Shown piece by piece: positions 52,048 to 64,000 of a stretch of DNA of 64,000 nucleotides (position 1 is the first letter of the stretch; each line of letters begins with the position of its first letter). Both the position numbers and the translations under genes were made by a program. The notes beneath the pieces are model-generated. The model was not told where the DNA came from, searched no databases, and saw nothing but the letters and a program-made list of their open reading frames with translations. This stretch comes from Octopus sinensis (taxonomy: Eukaryota): NCBI RefSeq assembly GCF_006345805.1, contig NC_043001.1:34038001-34102000 (forward strand), given 5' to 3'.

Positions 52048-55000
52048 AATTTCAACGGATTTCACCCAAATTTGATGTCGATGTTACTTAGTTTAGTTTG
52101 AAATAAAGAACTTGATTAGATTAATAATCCTAACTTAATCCTGGGCAAAGCCGGGTTATACTGCTAGTATTAGATAGAACCTGGAATCTAAAGAAACTGG
52201 TGGTCTACATTGGCAAACATTATTTCATAAAAGTTGATGGACAAAAAATATATCAAGTTACAATGAGCTGATTTACTATGAGGATTGAAAGGTCCAATGT
52301 TTCAGACAGTTGCCCTTCTTTGGGGATACAGAATAGAGAGGCTGATAGCACAGTGTCAGAAAAATGAATGGGAAAGAAGGGACAGAGCAGTGTAGGGTGT
52401 TCGTATGGTCAGAGGAGTGGAAAAGGACAATGTGTGAATTATGGAAATAGAGTGATGTGTTAGGAAGTAAAGTGAGGGTGAAGAGTGGTAAAAAGTATTA
52501 GCAAGAGGCAGGTCAGTTGAAATGGAAGGGAAGTGGTGAGATATAATTATGAATGGACTGTAGAAAAAGGAGAATTTAGAGAATAAAATAAATACAAAGA
52601 TGGATTTGGAGAAGAGATAGTGTGAGGGAAGTAGGTAGGGAGCTTTAATGGAATGGTTAAAATTGTTAAAAAGAAAATTTGGCAAGGACTGAGAAAAATT
52701 TCATGCAATGGTCTATGATTAGAGATAGGAAGGTGGAGGAGAAATGAGTTGAAATAATGAAAGTATAAGACTGAACAATGTGAAAGAAATGTCCCAAGTG
52801 AAAGAAATAAGTAGAAGCATGGTATGTACAGTATATACACACAGTGAATATGTGCAGTGAATGTGCAAAATATACACTGCGTTTAAAAACAGAACAGTAT
52901 GCTTAAATACATGGATGCATGCATGAACCAATGAGGGAACTTTTATGTGGTCATATAATCTGCTAGAAATAGCAACCAAATCCACCTCAAATCATACCCC
53001 ATTATCATCATTATTACTATTACACTTGATTTTTCCATGCTGGCATGGGTGGAATGAGACATTTTGTGGCGGTTTTCTATGGCCACATACCTTTCCTGGT
53101 GTCAACTCTTATTTCCAAGTAAGGAACTTTATTCCATGTTTTCACACATGGAATTACCAAGCTGCTTCACTTCGTCTTATGTAGTATATAAACAATGTTA
53201 CCATAACACTAATGGTATCAATATGAAGATACACACACACACACACTTATGACAAAATGGTTAAAAAGTGAAATAGGGTAGACAAAGACTGCATAGAAGG
53301 GTTCCAATATTAGATGGATTGTATCCATGATGCAAAGGCAGCGATGGTGTTGGTGGTGGTGGGAGACTTGCTTCTGTATAATTTCTATTTACCAAATTTA
53401 ATTTGAAAAGCATTGGTCAATCTGAGACTATGATTGTAGACACTTCCTCAAGATGCCACATTTCCTAAATATTGTATGCAAATTGCTGGAATGTCTTTGA
53501 TAATATCATAGGTTTGTCTGCGTAATCAGAGGCAAACCTGAAGCTAAATAACAACAATGCATTTTTAAATAGCAAAACTATGGCAGTAAAGTACCCTGTA
53601 AGAGCTGCATGTATACCACACAGTGTGTTCAGTATTACGTACGACTGCAAGGACTACTACTTGTCAAGCTTCAAGCATATAGTTTCCATCCGGATATTGT
53701 ACGATGGGTTGGTGCCTTCCTCTCAGATCGCTCCTTCCAAGTTCAAGTTAATGGTTCGCGGTCCGACGTCTCCAGTGCGAGCAGTGGCGTGCCTCAAGGT
53801 TCAGTGCTTGGGCCCTTGTTGTTCTTAGTCTTCATAAATGACTTGCCCGACGACCTCACGCAACACACCCTTCTATTTGCCGACGATATCAAACTGGTCG
53901 CTCCTCGCGGTAGTATAGAGGATCTTCGTCGATGCCTCCACCAAATTGGAAGTGGTCTAACGATTGGGACCTGTGTCTGAACGTGTCAAAGTGCTGTCAT
54001 CTGCCTGTCGGCTCTACTCCTGCAACTCAACTTGATTTCGAGCCGGGTCGTCTGCTGCTGGAGAGGACCGATCAGGTAAAGGACCTGGGTATCTTGGTGG
54101 ATTCCTCCTTTTCGCCTTCGGCCCAGTGCGTCCATGCTGCCAACAAAGTGCGCGGAATTCTGTTTTTGATTCGACGGTCATTCGGAATACTCACAGCAGC
54201 CATATTCCTACCACTCTATGTCACGCTGGTGAGACCCATATTGGAGTATGGGATTCAAGCCTCTTCTCCTTATCTCCTCAAAGACATACAGCATCTCGAA
54301 AGAGTCCAGAGGCTGGCTACCCGCATGGTTCATGGTCTCAAAAATTTGTCCTACGAAGAAAGGCTGAGGACGCTCAACCTTTATTCTCTTGAAAAACGCC
54401 GCCGCCGTGGTGATCTCATTCTCGCCCACAACATCATAAGCAGGAAGTGTAACCTCTCGAAAGAGCTGTTCTTCCCTCCTGCTCCGGAGCGTCGGCTGCG
54501 GGGTCATTCCGAAAAGCTCTACCTGCGACGATTTCATCTCAATCGAAGGAGAGGAGCTTTCTCCGTCCGGGTTGCGGATCCGTGGAACAAGCTGCCAGAC
54601 GAGATGGTGAAGATGTCGACGACCGCTTTGTTCAAAGCCTCCCTGGACCTCAAGTGGCCTGAATTCTTTACATGAACACCACCCTGTACTTAACTCCATG
54701 TCCCCCTACATGGCCTTGCTATTTGCTTTTGAGCGAAATTAACTAACTAACTAACTAACTAAGGACAACAAACAACAAGAGAAAAATTTCCTCTTCATCT
54801 ACTCCTCATGGGACTAGAGTGAAATAACCAGGCCTTAAATCTCTTCACAGCTGAGCACACATAGACTCCTTTTCCTTTGACTCTTTTGCTGGTTTCTGTC
54901 ATTGGACTCTGGCTGTTCTGGGGCACCATCTTGAATGATTTAGCAAATGGAATTGACCCAGTAATTATTTTTCAGTTTAGTGTATTTAGTGTACCATTCT

Positions 55001-56492
55001 CTTGCTGAACTGCTAAGTTACAGAGACATGAACAAGCCAACAGCATCTGTCGAATAGAGAGACACAAATACACACCACACAACCTATGCAAGCATGGGAA
55101 ATGGACACAAAGTGATAATGGTAATGATTATGATATATGTATATGGCATACTTCTGCATTGTTACTGTCTACCAAATTCACTCCTATTTAATCAGAATTT
55201 CCTAAAACATACCATTGATATGGAAAACTACATGTAAAGCTATATATATAGAATAAGGAGACAAAATTCACAAGTTCATGTAAGAAATTTAGCATATCTC
55301 ATTCAATAATGATTTATATCTTCATGTTTCTTCAGGTCCCCCCTACAATGTTACTGAAGAGGATATCCAAAATTTATATGGTAAGTATATAAAAGTTACT
55401 CTTCAAAGTAAAGATTTTCCCTGAAGCATAAAGATTGAATTTTCTATGAAATTAATCCTAATTTCTTGAAATTATCTCCTATTTTCTTTGAACGTTACTA
55501 ACAATTGTCATGGGTTTTGGTTTTCTTTCTCCAGTTAAAAATCAAATCCCAATTCATTAAAAAATTTTTACAAACTTTATAGTGACCCTCACTATCTACC
55601 TAAAATATTCAGTTTTTATCAACACAATTCATCTATTAAAGATGACCCAAATTCATATAATGATTGAAAAAGACTGATTTTCAACTATTCTAAACAAAGG
55701 CAAGCTATTTTGGAAGTGGGCCACATGAGACATACCTCAACATCAGGTGGGCAACTCAACTAAAAATGTTCATCATAATCTTTTATTAGGCATGCCATTC
55801 AGAAAGTCCCGTGGGTCACAGTTTGCCCACAACTGAACTATACCAATACAATAATCATTCTCATATTTCTTTACTAAATTTCCTGCTCAAATTCAACTCA
55901 GAGTACATTTTACTCTTTTATCATGATTCTGTCTTCTCTGATTTTTACAAAACACCCTCTCTAAGGTCATCAGGATAATCAACTATTTATTTTTGAATAT
56001 CTGAATACTTTAATAGTGTTCACATTAAAGCTAAGCAAGGAACATTGTAGTATTTAATAGTAATGGTTATTAACCCAACAAATAATAATAAAAAGAAAAA
56101 CCAACTTCCATATTGTTCCTTATAGGACCAACTAATGTGTCAGAATGGTGTGATTTTGAACTTCTAAGTTGTAGGTGAACCATGCAATATTCTTAATCAT
56201 CAACAAGTATTACGCAGCAAGTACAACTGTATAGCTATTTTAAATAACCAAAATTACTTCAAGCTACAACATGATGTATTTCAAAACTTGGTTTCACTTT
56301 GAAATGCTTAACCAGGCAAGTTCAGTGTATCAGCTGTCATATATTAATTATTATGTATTTGATATATATTTCTATTTGAAAGGTGATATGTGCAGCATTG
56401 AAGAAATTGATGAAAATGACTATGCTCCAAAGTTCAAAGATTTGGGATTGGATGTGATATTTGAACGGATCTACTTTTTGAAAATTAAATGA
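42733..56492 (+). CDS. TPMT: Thiopurine S-methyltransferase paralog B, spliced CDS: 42733-42845, 44696-44788, 45752-45881, 46787-46839, 49186-49260, 51242-51327, 55336-55380, 56383-56492 (705 nt, 234 aa)
   Basis: Same exon sizes and splice sites as paralog A; no stop codon or frameshift; 15 amino-acid differences from A. Confidence 0.95.
44696..44788 (+). CDS. TPMT: TPMT-B coding exon 2
   Basis: Identical to 21981-22073. Confidence 0.95.
45752..45881 (+). CDS. TPMT: TPMT-B coding exon 3
   Basis: Identical to 23060-23189. Confidence 0.95.
46787..46839 (+). CDS. TPMT: TPMT-B coding exon 4 (SKDGKIKLYCMDLFKFS)
   Basis: AG/GT boundaries; 3 synonymous and 1 replacement difference from A. Confidence 0.93.
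47226..47791 (-). mobile_element. Internally deleted mariner element (paralog B only), same family as 30638-31192
   Basis: TIRs ttgggttgtccggaaagtttgtgc, TA TSD; ORF 47299..47571 HPPYSPDIAPSDFHLF. Confidence 0.92.
48376..49033 (-). mobile_element. 5'-truncated RTE-clade LINE (paralog B only)
   Basis: ORF 48388..48807 LLY.AETW..WKWIG..RRRGRPKNTW. 13-bp TSD aggccttccttta (48363-48375 and 49034-49046). Empty site at ~25354. Confidence 0.88.
49186..49260 (+). CDS. TPMT: TPMT-B coding exon 5 (DFEGQFNAIWDRGALAAIIPKTRI)
   Basis: AG/GT boundaries, 75 nt. Confidence 0.95.
51242..51327 (+). CDS. TPMT: TPMT-B coding exon 6 (YAQVIRELLSPDCHYMIAAMQYDPSLFP)
   Basis: AG/GT boundaries, 86 nt. Confidence 0.93.
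51645..52167 (+). mobile_element. Non-autonomous Helitron (truncated paralog at 29364-29547)
   Basis: A|TC start, cctgggcaaagccggg hairpin, CTAG|T end. Confidence 0.82.
53655..54760 (+). mobile_element. 5'-truncated CR1-clade LINE, young, one frameshift
   Basis: GVPQGSVLGPLLF, LFADD, RPILEYG, RRRRGDLI; (TAAC)n tail; aaggac flanking repeat at 53649 and 54761. Confidence 0.9.
55336..55380 (+). CDS. TPMT: TPMT-B coding exon 7
   Basis: Identical to 29765-29809. Confidence 0.93.
56383..56492 (+). CDS. TPMT: TPMT-B last coding exon (GDMCSIEEIDENDYAPKFKDLGLDVIFERIYFLKIK*)
   Basis: aag acceptor; forms the end of ORF 56271..56492. Confidence 0.92.
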
Positions 56493-57421
56493 AGGAAAGC
56501 TGATTTTTTTTAAAGGTTTGTACTTCTATTTCCTCCACACTGTAAATTGGTTGGTGTTCGGAATGGCATCCAGCTGTAAAACCTTTCTTCATAACTAACC
56601 AATTAATTCCAGTTTTAACTGTTTCTTCTTTGATGCCGATCAACACAAGTTTTCTTGGGTCTTTTCTCTAATGGATTTAACCATGTCCTTTTATATTCTG
56701 ATTTCAGATCCCTCCAACACTGATATGGCCTTTTACCCTTTTATATATTCACATTGACTCAACCAGATATACTTCTACTTCTCTGGAACTGGATTTGTAC
56801 CAAGGAAAAAAATCTATACCATTTTATTTTCCCTTCACTGAAGTTAAACATGTTTCTCTCTCTCTCACACACACACACACTCATACACACACACACACAC
56901 CACACACCCATACACACACACTAGGCAGCCTTTGTATATTCTTTTCTCAGTATGCTCAGTAAAATCGATGATGCTAGAAAGGTATCCAGCCATAGAAACC
57001 ATACCGAACCTGAGGCACTGGAACAAGACGTGGTCCGCTGGTCCATTCAGTCGAATCTAACCAATTGCAGTATAAAAAGTAAATGTGAAAATTATGGGGA
57101 CAGTGTTGATAGCAGTGATAACAATAATTATGACAACATGAAATTTTTTTCTTTATTTAAAAATATGAATAACATTTAAAAACCATTTATTTTCTAATTG
57201 TCTATTAATCATAATACTGTAAAATAGTACAAATGTACAAAATATGTGGAACGATCTGCAATTATACAATTTTTTTTTTTTATCCTAGTTTTGTATAAAT
57301 AAATACAAAATGTTTAAATAACAAGAAAAGCTTTACATTATTCAAGAATTGTATACAAATAAATCATTTGAATTATTTATCTTGTGTTTTGGTGACTTTA
57401 TTTTCACTATATATATATATA

Positions 57422-58336
57422 CCAGCAGTATCGCCCGGCGTTGCTCGGGTTTGTAAGGGAAATAACTATATAAGCATTTTTAGAGATGTACAGTATAATA
57501 GCCATCTTAATATGGCTAACCACAAGGGGGGGGGGTGTTACTGTAGCTTTTTACGTTCTGCGATTTAATAATAAATTTTTAGAGAGTTACTTCCCTTATA
57601 TATGCCAAAAATGCATTAAAAATGGGAAAAATTGATGGTAATTTTTTTTTTTAATCGTAGACTCATCGTAGACGCGCGCTAATACCCAGAAGGGCTCGAT
57701 ATGAATCACGACTATAAGATACCCGGTTTTGGTTAAACTGCACCGCAAAATGTGGGAGTAGTTAGGAATCTAAATCGTAGGAGACAGACAGCACACAACC
57801 TCTCTTTTATATATAAAGATACTAGCAGTATCGCCCGGCGTTGCTCGGGTTTGTAAGGGAAATAACTATATAAGCATTTTTAGAGAGTTACTTCCCTTAT
57901 AGATGCCAATTCGGGCTTTCTTAGCCATTTCTGTTTTGGTGTCTTCAAGCCATGAAGTCGTTGTTCTAAAAGAACGCTGGTCTCCTTGACAACGCTTTAC
58001 GACGTTGATTTCCTTACACTCCCTTCCCCACAGCTTCACGAGGGAGGGAAGAAGGGAGAGAAGCAAACAGGTGCAGGTGTGACCATGGACGCCAACTCCG
58101 CCGCCATCGACACACGAAAAATTATGCATTAAAATGGAATAAAAAATGATGTTAAATTATTTTTAAAATCGTAGACTCATCGTAGACGCGCGCTAATACT
58201 CAGACGGGCTCGATATGAATCACGACTATAAGATACCCGAATTTGGTTAAACTGCACCGCAAAATGTGGGAGGAGTTAGGAATCTAAATCGAAGGGGACA
58301 GACACTCACACAACTACAGTTATATATATATATAGA
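57422..58336 (-). mobile_element. Two adjacent Helitron units (57422-57819, 57822-58336), same family as 16623-18108
   Basis: Same termini and hairpin; each carries a different internal insert. Confidence 0.85.
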
Positions 58337-58341
58337 TATAT

Positions 58342-59218
58342 ATTGCAAAGATAATCTGGAACTCGACTGAAGAAAGAAAACTCCGAATGACTCGTCCTAG
58401 TTTTCTTTGTATCGTCTGTCTGGATGTTTTGCGTTCGTGTCCATTTTTGTATTTTTTCTATTAAAAATTATAGCGGTGTACGTACACCTTGCCCTCTTAT
58501 ATGTATGTATGTACGTATGTACGTATGTATGTATATATAAATTTTGTACGACTCTATTATTCTTTCTTTTCTTTCATTTTTTCCTTCTTTCTATCAACCT
58601 TTTCATACTTACCTCGTTCATTCCACTCTTCGTTCTTTCGTTTTCCCCTCTCTCACATTTCCTGGCCTTCTCTTCATGCTCACTTTCCCTCCTCTTTCAC
58701 TTCACTCTGTTCCTTTCATTTTATCTTCCCCCTCCTTAATTCTTGTATCCCTCTGTCTCTACCTCTCTCTCTTCTCTCCCCACGTGACCGGTCTCGGCCA
58801 AGCCTGACCTTTCTTTCTTGGTTCGACTACCATCCATGCAAAATCTGTATTTCTCCCTGTGCCTGTCAAATCCTATGTCCCCCCCCGTAAGGCTTTACTT
58901 CCACACACGCCAGCTTAATTTAATTCGTCTTTAGTCGAAAGACACCTGTTGTTATGTCCTGTTATTTGTATTTGTATACCATTTCTCTGTTTTTTTTTTC
59001 CGTCCTTGTTTTCATACACATTTGCAGCTTTCTTCCAAGGAATCCAATGCTCTTAGCTTAGTTTTTCCTTGGGGCTGGCCAGATTAGAGCAACCTCCAGT
59101 ATAACCAGCTGAAATTGCAAAGATAATCTGGAACTCGACTGAGGAAAGAAAACGTCCTTGTTTTCTTTGTATCGTCTATCTGGATGTTTTGCGTTCTTGT
59201 CCCATTTTTGTATTTTTT
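58342..59218 (+). mobile_element. Penelope-like pLTR relic with terminal direct repeat (58342-58460 and 59114-59218)
   Basis: attgcaaagataatctggaactcgactga.gaaagaaaa..tttgcgttc repeated; decayed CTGANGA core. Confidence 0.5.
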
Positions 59219-59310
59219 ATATATAATATTATATATATATATGTGTGTGTGTGTGCGTGTACACATACATACACACATGTATATATAGATTTACATATAC
59301 ATACATATAA

Positions 59311-60860
59311 AGGCGGACAAGGCGGACCCTCACCATACCCCGTTCTGTTTTTTTTCTACAGAAACACACGTTTTCGGTTACAGAGATTCCGAATCTGTAA
59401 GAAAATTCCTGTTAAAGTATATTGCTATCAGTTGAAACAGTTCAATATAAGATTGCCAGTTTTATGGAGTGTCCTGACTTATATTACACCTTCTTGACCA
59501 TTGATTAACATGCAGTTAAAATCTTCAAAGTCCCTACAACTGGTGCACCTCGCAATCTTTCTGGTGATTTCACATTCACACTTCATAAACTGCAAAGATT
59601 GACACACCACTCTTGAACCAAAAAAATACTTCAACTTTGAGGGGTGGGATGAAATTGAAATAAATTAAAAAAATTTTTTTTTTGCAAAATCGTTAAATTC
59701 CGATAGCGCAAAAAAAAAACTTTTCTACGTATTTTGCCCCATAAAAATTCTGAAAAACGTGAAACATGCAGAAAATGGGTTGAGGGTGGTGTAGGGGTAA
59801 AACTGAAGTTTTGAAATGCTGATTTTTGCCAAGGGTATCGGATAGTGTCCTGTTTGACAAAAAGAGGTACCCCAATAGAAAATTTGATCATTTACTTGTC
59901 CAAATAGGTAAGCTATATAGATTTTGAACTCAAACAAATGCACGACTCATATTTTTTGTAAATTTCAAGTTTCGTTTTGTAGAAAAAAACATATTCAGTT
60001 GTAAAAAAGAAAAAAAAAAAATGAACACTTTAATTTCACTTTCTGTCACAGCAAGTCTCATTTTACCCGGCGAAATTTCTCTAATAGAAATCTTTGCAGA
60101 AAAGTGAGTAGATTGATTGTATATTTCTTTCATTATTTTATAGTATCTGTCTGTCTTTCGTTATTTTATCGCATTTCCTATATAATCAAAATCTGCGCTG
60201 TCTGAATCGTATTTGTAGAAAATTTTGCGAAGAAACAAAGCCGATATGGGAATTTTCCGAAACCCCTCTCACCACTGTTCGGAAAACTTTTCTAAAAAGT
60301 TCCGATGTAATCGGAATTTACACTGTGCGAAGAATATATGTAGAAACTTTTATTAATAAATATCCATTTTTCTGAAAGTTATGAGGAAACAAAATAGAGG
60401 GGGCACACTTATGTAAGAATACCTACAAAGTATGTAGAGTTTGTCAGTATGTGGAGAGACTGAAAGTCTATTGAATGGAAAACCCTTACGCATGCGCAAT
60501 TACCGAAAAGATTTAAAACATTCTGTATAAGCGTACATTCACGAGGGATGGGGAGTGGTTACTTTTGTTTTGTTTTTCTTTGAAAAAACGAAATTTGAAA
60601 AATTTTTTTTTTTTCAGAATATCACAGTCTCCGTTTTTTCCCACGTATTTCGCCAAAAGAAATTAAGAAAAAAAGTGAAAAAAATGAACAAATTTGGGGT
60701 TGGGGGTGGGTAGCGATTGGTGTTCATATGGAAATTTTGAAATACCATATTTTTACAATTCGTAATCTCCGTTGCCGAAAACATGGGTTTCTGTAGAAAA
60801 AAAAAAACACAAAGCAAAAAACATGGAAGTGGGCGTGGTGACGGTCCGCCTTGTCCGCCC
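59311..60860. mobile_element. Non-autonomous TIR DNA element (GGGCGGACAAGGCGGACC termini)
   Basis: ~85-bp imperfect TIRs; no transposase ORF; superfamily unclear. Confidence 0.75.
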
Positions 60861-61097
60861 ATACATACATACATACATACATACATGTATGTATGTACAT
60901 AATTTATGTATATAGATATGTGAAAGTATATATATATATATATGTATGTACATATATATTTATGTATATAAATATGTGAAGTAATATATATATAATATAT
61001 ATATATATATATGTATGTATGTATGTAGTATGGTATGTATGTATGTATGTATGTATGTATGTATGTACATATATATTTATGATATATATATGTGAAA

Positions 61098-61130
<33 letters not shown>

Positions 61131-61177
61131 GTATGTATGTATGTACATATATATTTATGTATATAGATATGTGAAAG

Positions 61178-61217
<40 letters not shown>

Positions 61218-61268
61218 ATATATATATGTATGTATTACATATATAGTTATGTATATATATATTGAAAG

Positions 61269-61301
<33 letters not shown>

Positions 61302-61453
61302 TATATATATGTATGTATGTACATATATATTTATGTATAAGATATGTGAAAGTATATATAATATATATATATATATGTTATATTATATATATATATCTAT
61401 ATGTATGTATGTATGTATGTACATATATATTTATGTATATAGATATGTGAAAG

Positions 61454-61486
<33 letters not shown>

Positions 61487-61531
61487 TGTACATATATATT
61501 TATGTATATAGATATGTGAAAGTATAATATA

Positions 61532-61589
<58 letters not shown>

Positions 61590-61660
61590 CTGTATGTATG
61601 TACATATATATTTATGTATATAGATATGTGAAAGTATATATATATTTATAATACATATAT
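60861..61660. repeat. Complex (TA)n/(TATG)n microsatellite with a recurring gatatgtgaaagta unit
   Basis: Direct inspection. Confidence 0.95.
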
Positions 61661-61843
61661 AAGTGGCATGCGCGAATTAGTCTTATAAAATAAACAAACC
61701 TTGGATCAGTTTAAACCATGTTTAGGACATAGTTGAGCTGCAAAAAGTACTGTCATTGTGGTTTGCCAGGTAGAAAAGAAATGATCACTTTATGCAAAAG
61801 GTGCAAACATAACCAAGTCAGTTCAGAGCGGACTCTATGGACA

Positions 61844-61883
61844 GGTAGATGTATTTCGAACATTTTGTGCTCTCCTCAGCACC
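61844..61883 (-). ncRNA. Minimal type-I hammerhead motif, well preserved
   Basis: ggtg-CTGAGGA-gagca caaaa tgttc-GAAA-taca-TC-tacc. Confidence 0.65.
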
Positions 61884-62449
61884 AGATACCAAGCGGGGCA
61901 ACTCTAAACTGATTAGAACGCAGCTTCCTTATAAGAAATAAGTACAATCATCTATTAATCGCGCGCTTCGGCTGTTTGGCCGGAACAAAATATAGGGGGC
62001 GTGAGTGAACCAGCGGTGTGAAGTAAACAATCTTTAAATCAATTAAAATGTGTTTAGGCTATTGCTGTCATGCAAAAAGGTACCCCTACTACGGTTTGCC
62101 ATGGAGAAAAATTATCTCTCTCACTCTCCTCTCTCTCCTCACGCACACACACACACACACAAACGAGCGCGCGCGCACACACACACACACACATATATGT
62201 ATACATAAACATGAAAACGTTTATACACACATGTATATAAAGATATAGATGTTTTGTGTCTATATATATGTATTTGTGTGTGGGCGTGGGTGTGATCTGT
62301 CTGTCTGCATTTATGTATGTACGTACGCATGTATCTATCTATCTATCTATCAACTTAAACGTGTTCAGACACCCATGCGAGCACACACACTCAGGCATAT
62401 GCACACATATGCGCGCACACGCACTCACACACGTACACATACACCGATA

Positions 62450-62741
62450 AACCTTTTCAAGCCTAGCCAGGCTCATGGGCCCGGTTTCTGTGGCGTATGT
62501 GTTCATCCCAGCTGGACGGGATGCCAGTCCATCGCAGCATTACTCAAGAAACTGGAACAGAGAGTGAGAGAAAGTTGTGGCGAAAGAATACAACAGGGGT
62601 CAACGCTACCCACTGCCGGTGCCTCGTGGAGCTTATAGGTGTTTTCGCTCAATAAACACACACAACGCCCGGTCTGGGAATCGAAACCGCGATCCTTCGA
62701 CCACGAGTCCGCTGCCCTAACCACTGGGCCATTACGCCTCC
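62450..62741 (-). mobile_element. tRNA-headed SINE
   Basis: ggaggcgtaatggcccagtggttagggc..ggtttcgattccc (A and B boxes) followed by a non-tRNA body. Confidence 0.75.
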
Positions 62742-63037
62742 ACACATACGCATACACGCAAACAAATAACTTTACAGTTCCGCCTATTTTAACAAAAATA
62801 TTTATTTTGGCAAAAAACCAAATAAACAGCGTCATAACAAGCGTGTTAAGAATCTCTGAGATTCCTCGTTGCATTTCTTAACATTTCAAACATTAGGCAA
62901 AATCATAATGTTTCACTTGGCCTCGTTAGATTGAGAAATATTCAAAGACTTTGAAGTCGCTTGACCTGTAAAGGTCAGATACTGTCGCACTTCCTAGATC
63001 CAAAAGTCTACTTCACACACAACCGTTTACGGGAAAC

Positions 63038-63044
63038 GTATACT

Positions 63045-63121
<77 letters not shown>

Positions 63122-63124
63122 ATG

Positions 63125-63155
<31 letters not shown>

Positions 63156-63426
63156 AATATATATATATATACATATATATGTAGAGAGACAGACTAAGAT
63201 AAATATCTGTGTGTGTTGTGTGTGCTTGTGTGTATTATATACATATATATATATGTACATACACACACTCGCATGTATGTATGTATGGATATATATATAT
63301 ATATATATATGTTTGTGTGTGTGTGTATATATATATATATGTGTGTGTGTCTGTGCATACACACACATACACACATACAACGCACAAACATACACACACA
63401 CAGATATACACGCATGCATACACACA
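63038..63426. repeat. (TA)n/(TG)n/(CA)n microsatellite cluster
   Basis: Direct inspection. Confidence 0.95.
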
Positions 63427-64000
63427 TGCTCTATCGTTTTAAATCTCAGATGTTTATTTCTTAGAGTAAACAGGGGAGGACGACTTCAGTATATTTTGAG
63501 AATTAATGTTATTCAAATTATTCCACATAACTTCAAGCTTTCTACTGTCCCCAACATTTTGGGGCTTTAAGGCCAGTAAAAGAATTGATGGTTATTATTA
63601 TTATTATTATTAGTACTGTTATTTTATCATTATTATAATTGCAAATATTATTATTATTTCGCTAATGCATGCTAATTTAGTTAGGAGGTATTTTATCTAG
63701 ATGTTTGGCGACAACCAGTCTCCTCAAATCTGAAGAATCTCTCTTCAGATATGATGGCATTTTTCTGTAAGTTGACAATGCAAGCTTCAGTTCCAATTTC
63801 TCTGTCTTTCAGCTAGCATTTTGAGTATTGTGCTATTGTTATTATTATATGTTTGGCTTTTGCTTTGTTTTTGTACAAGTTGACTCCAAGTCTCACCCAG
63901 AAACCTCAAGGGACAACAAGTTAGAAGTTCAACTTGATGTTATCACTAGGGTGCCATTTATTTGGTTTTACACAGAGTATTGCCCTAGCGAATGTCTGTC

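Larger units (their letters stand above)
36568..57410 (+). repeat. Segmental duplication unit 2 (contains TPMT-B)
   Basis: Collinear homology with 10078-33706. Confidence 0.9.

Noticed and set aside
52295-52330. Further hammerhead candidates (also ~63700-63730)
   Set aside because: The catalytic core is too degenerate to call.
62660-62741. tRNA gene
   Set aside because: The tRNA-like head runs into a SINE body with no proper acceptor stem or terminator.
60861-63570. Many Y/I/C/V/M-rich ORFs (also 14888-15363 and 27277-27550)
   Set aside because: They are translations of microsatellites.

Overview
AT-rich, repeat-dense animal genomic DNA. The SINE, microsatellite and hammerhead-bearing repeats resemble those of Octopus; that assignment is pattern recognition only. 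The only host genes are two tandem, intact paralogs of thiopurine S-methyltransferase (TPMT) on the + strand, each with 8 coding exons and 234 aa (CDS 19999-31480 and 42733-56492). They lie in a ~21-24 kb segmental duplication (~10078-33706 vs ~36568-57410). The paralogs are almost identical in the N-terminal half (apparent gene-conversion tract) but differ at 15 residues in the C-terminal half, clustered at predicted acceptor-pocket positions. Upstream is an inverted duplication (3278-8427 vs 13186-15630) whose breakpoints abut one TIR/foldback family. Paralogous empty sites let many insertions be delimited exactly: a Chapaev3 transposon, mariner elements, Helitrons, an RTE LINE and a TIR element with an unusual 25-bp target duplication. 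Also present are a decayed CRE-clade retrotransposon, a CR1 LINE, a Tigger element and several minimal hammerhead-ribozyme motifs of Penelope-like type. All alignments and counts were made by eye.
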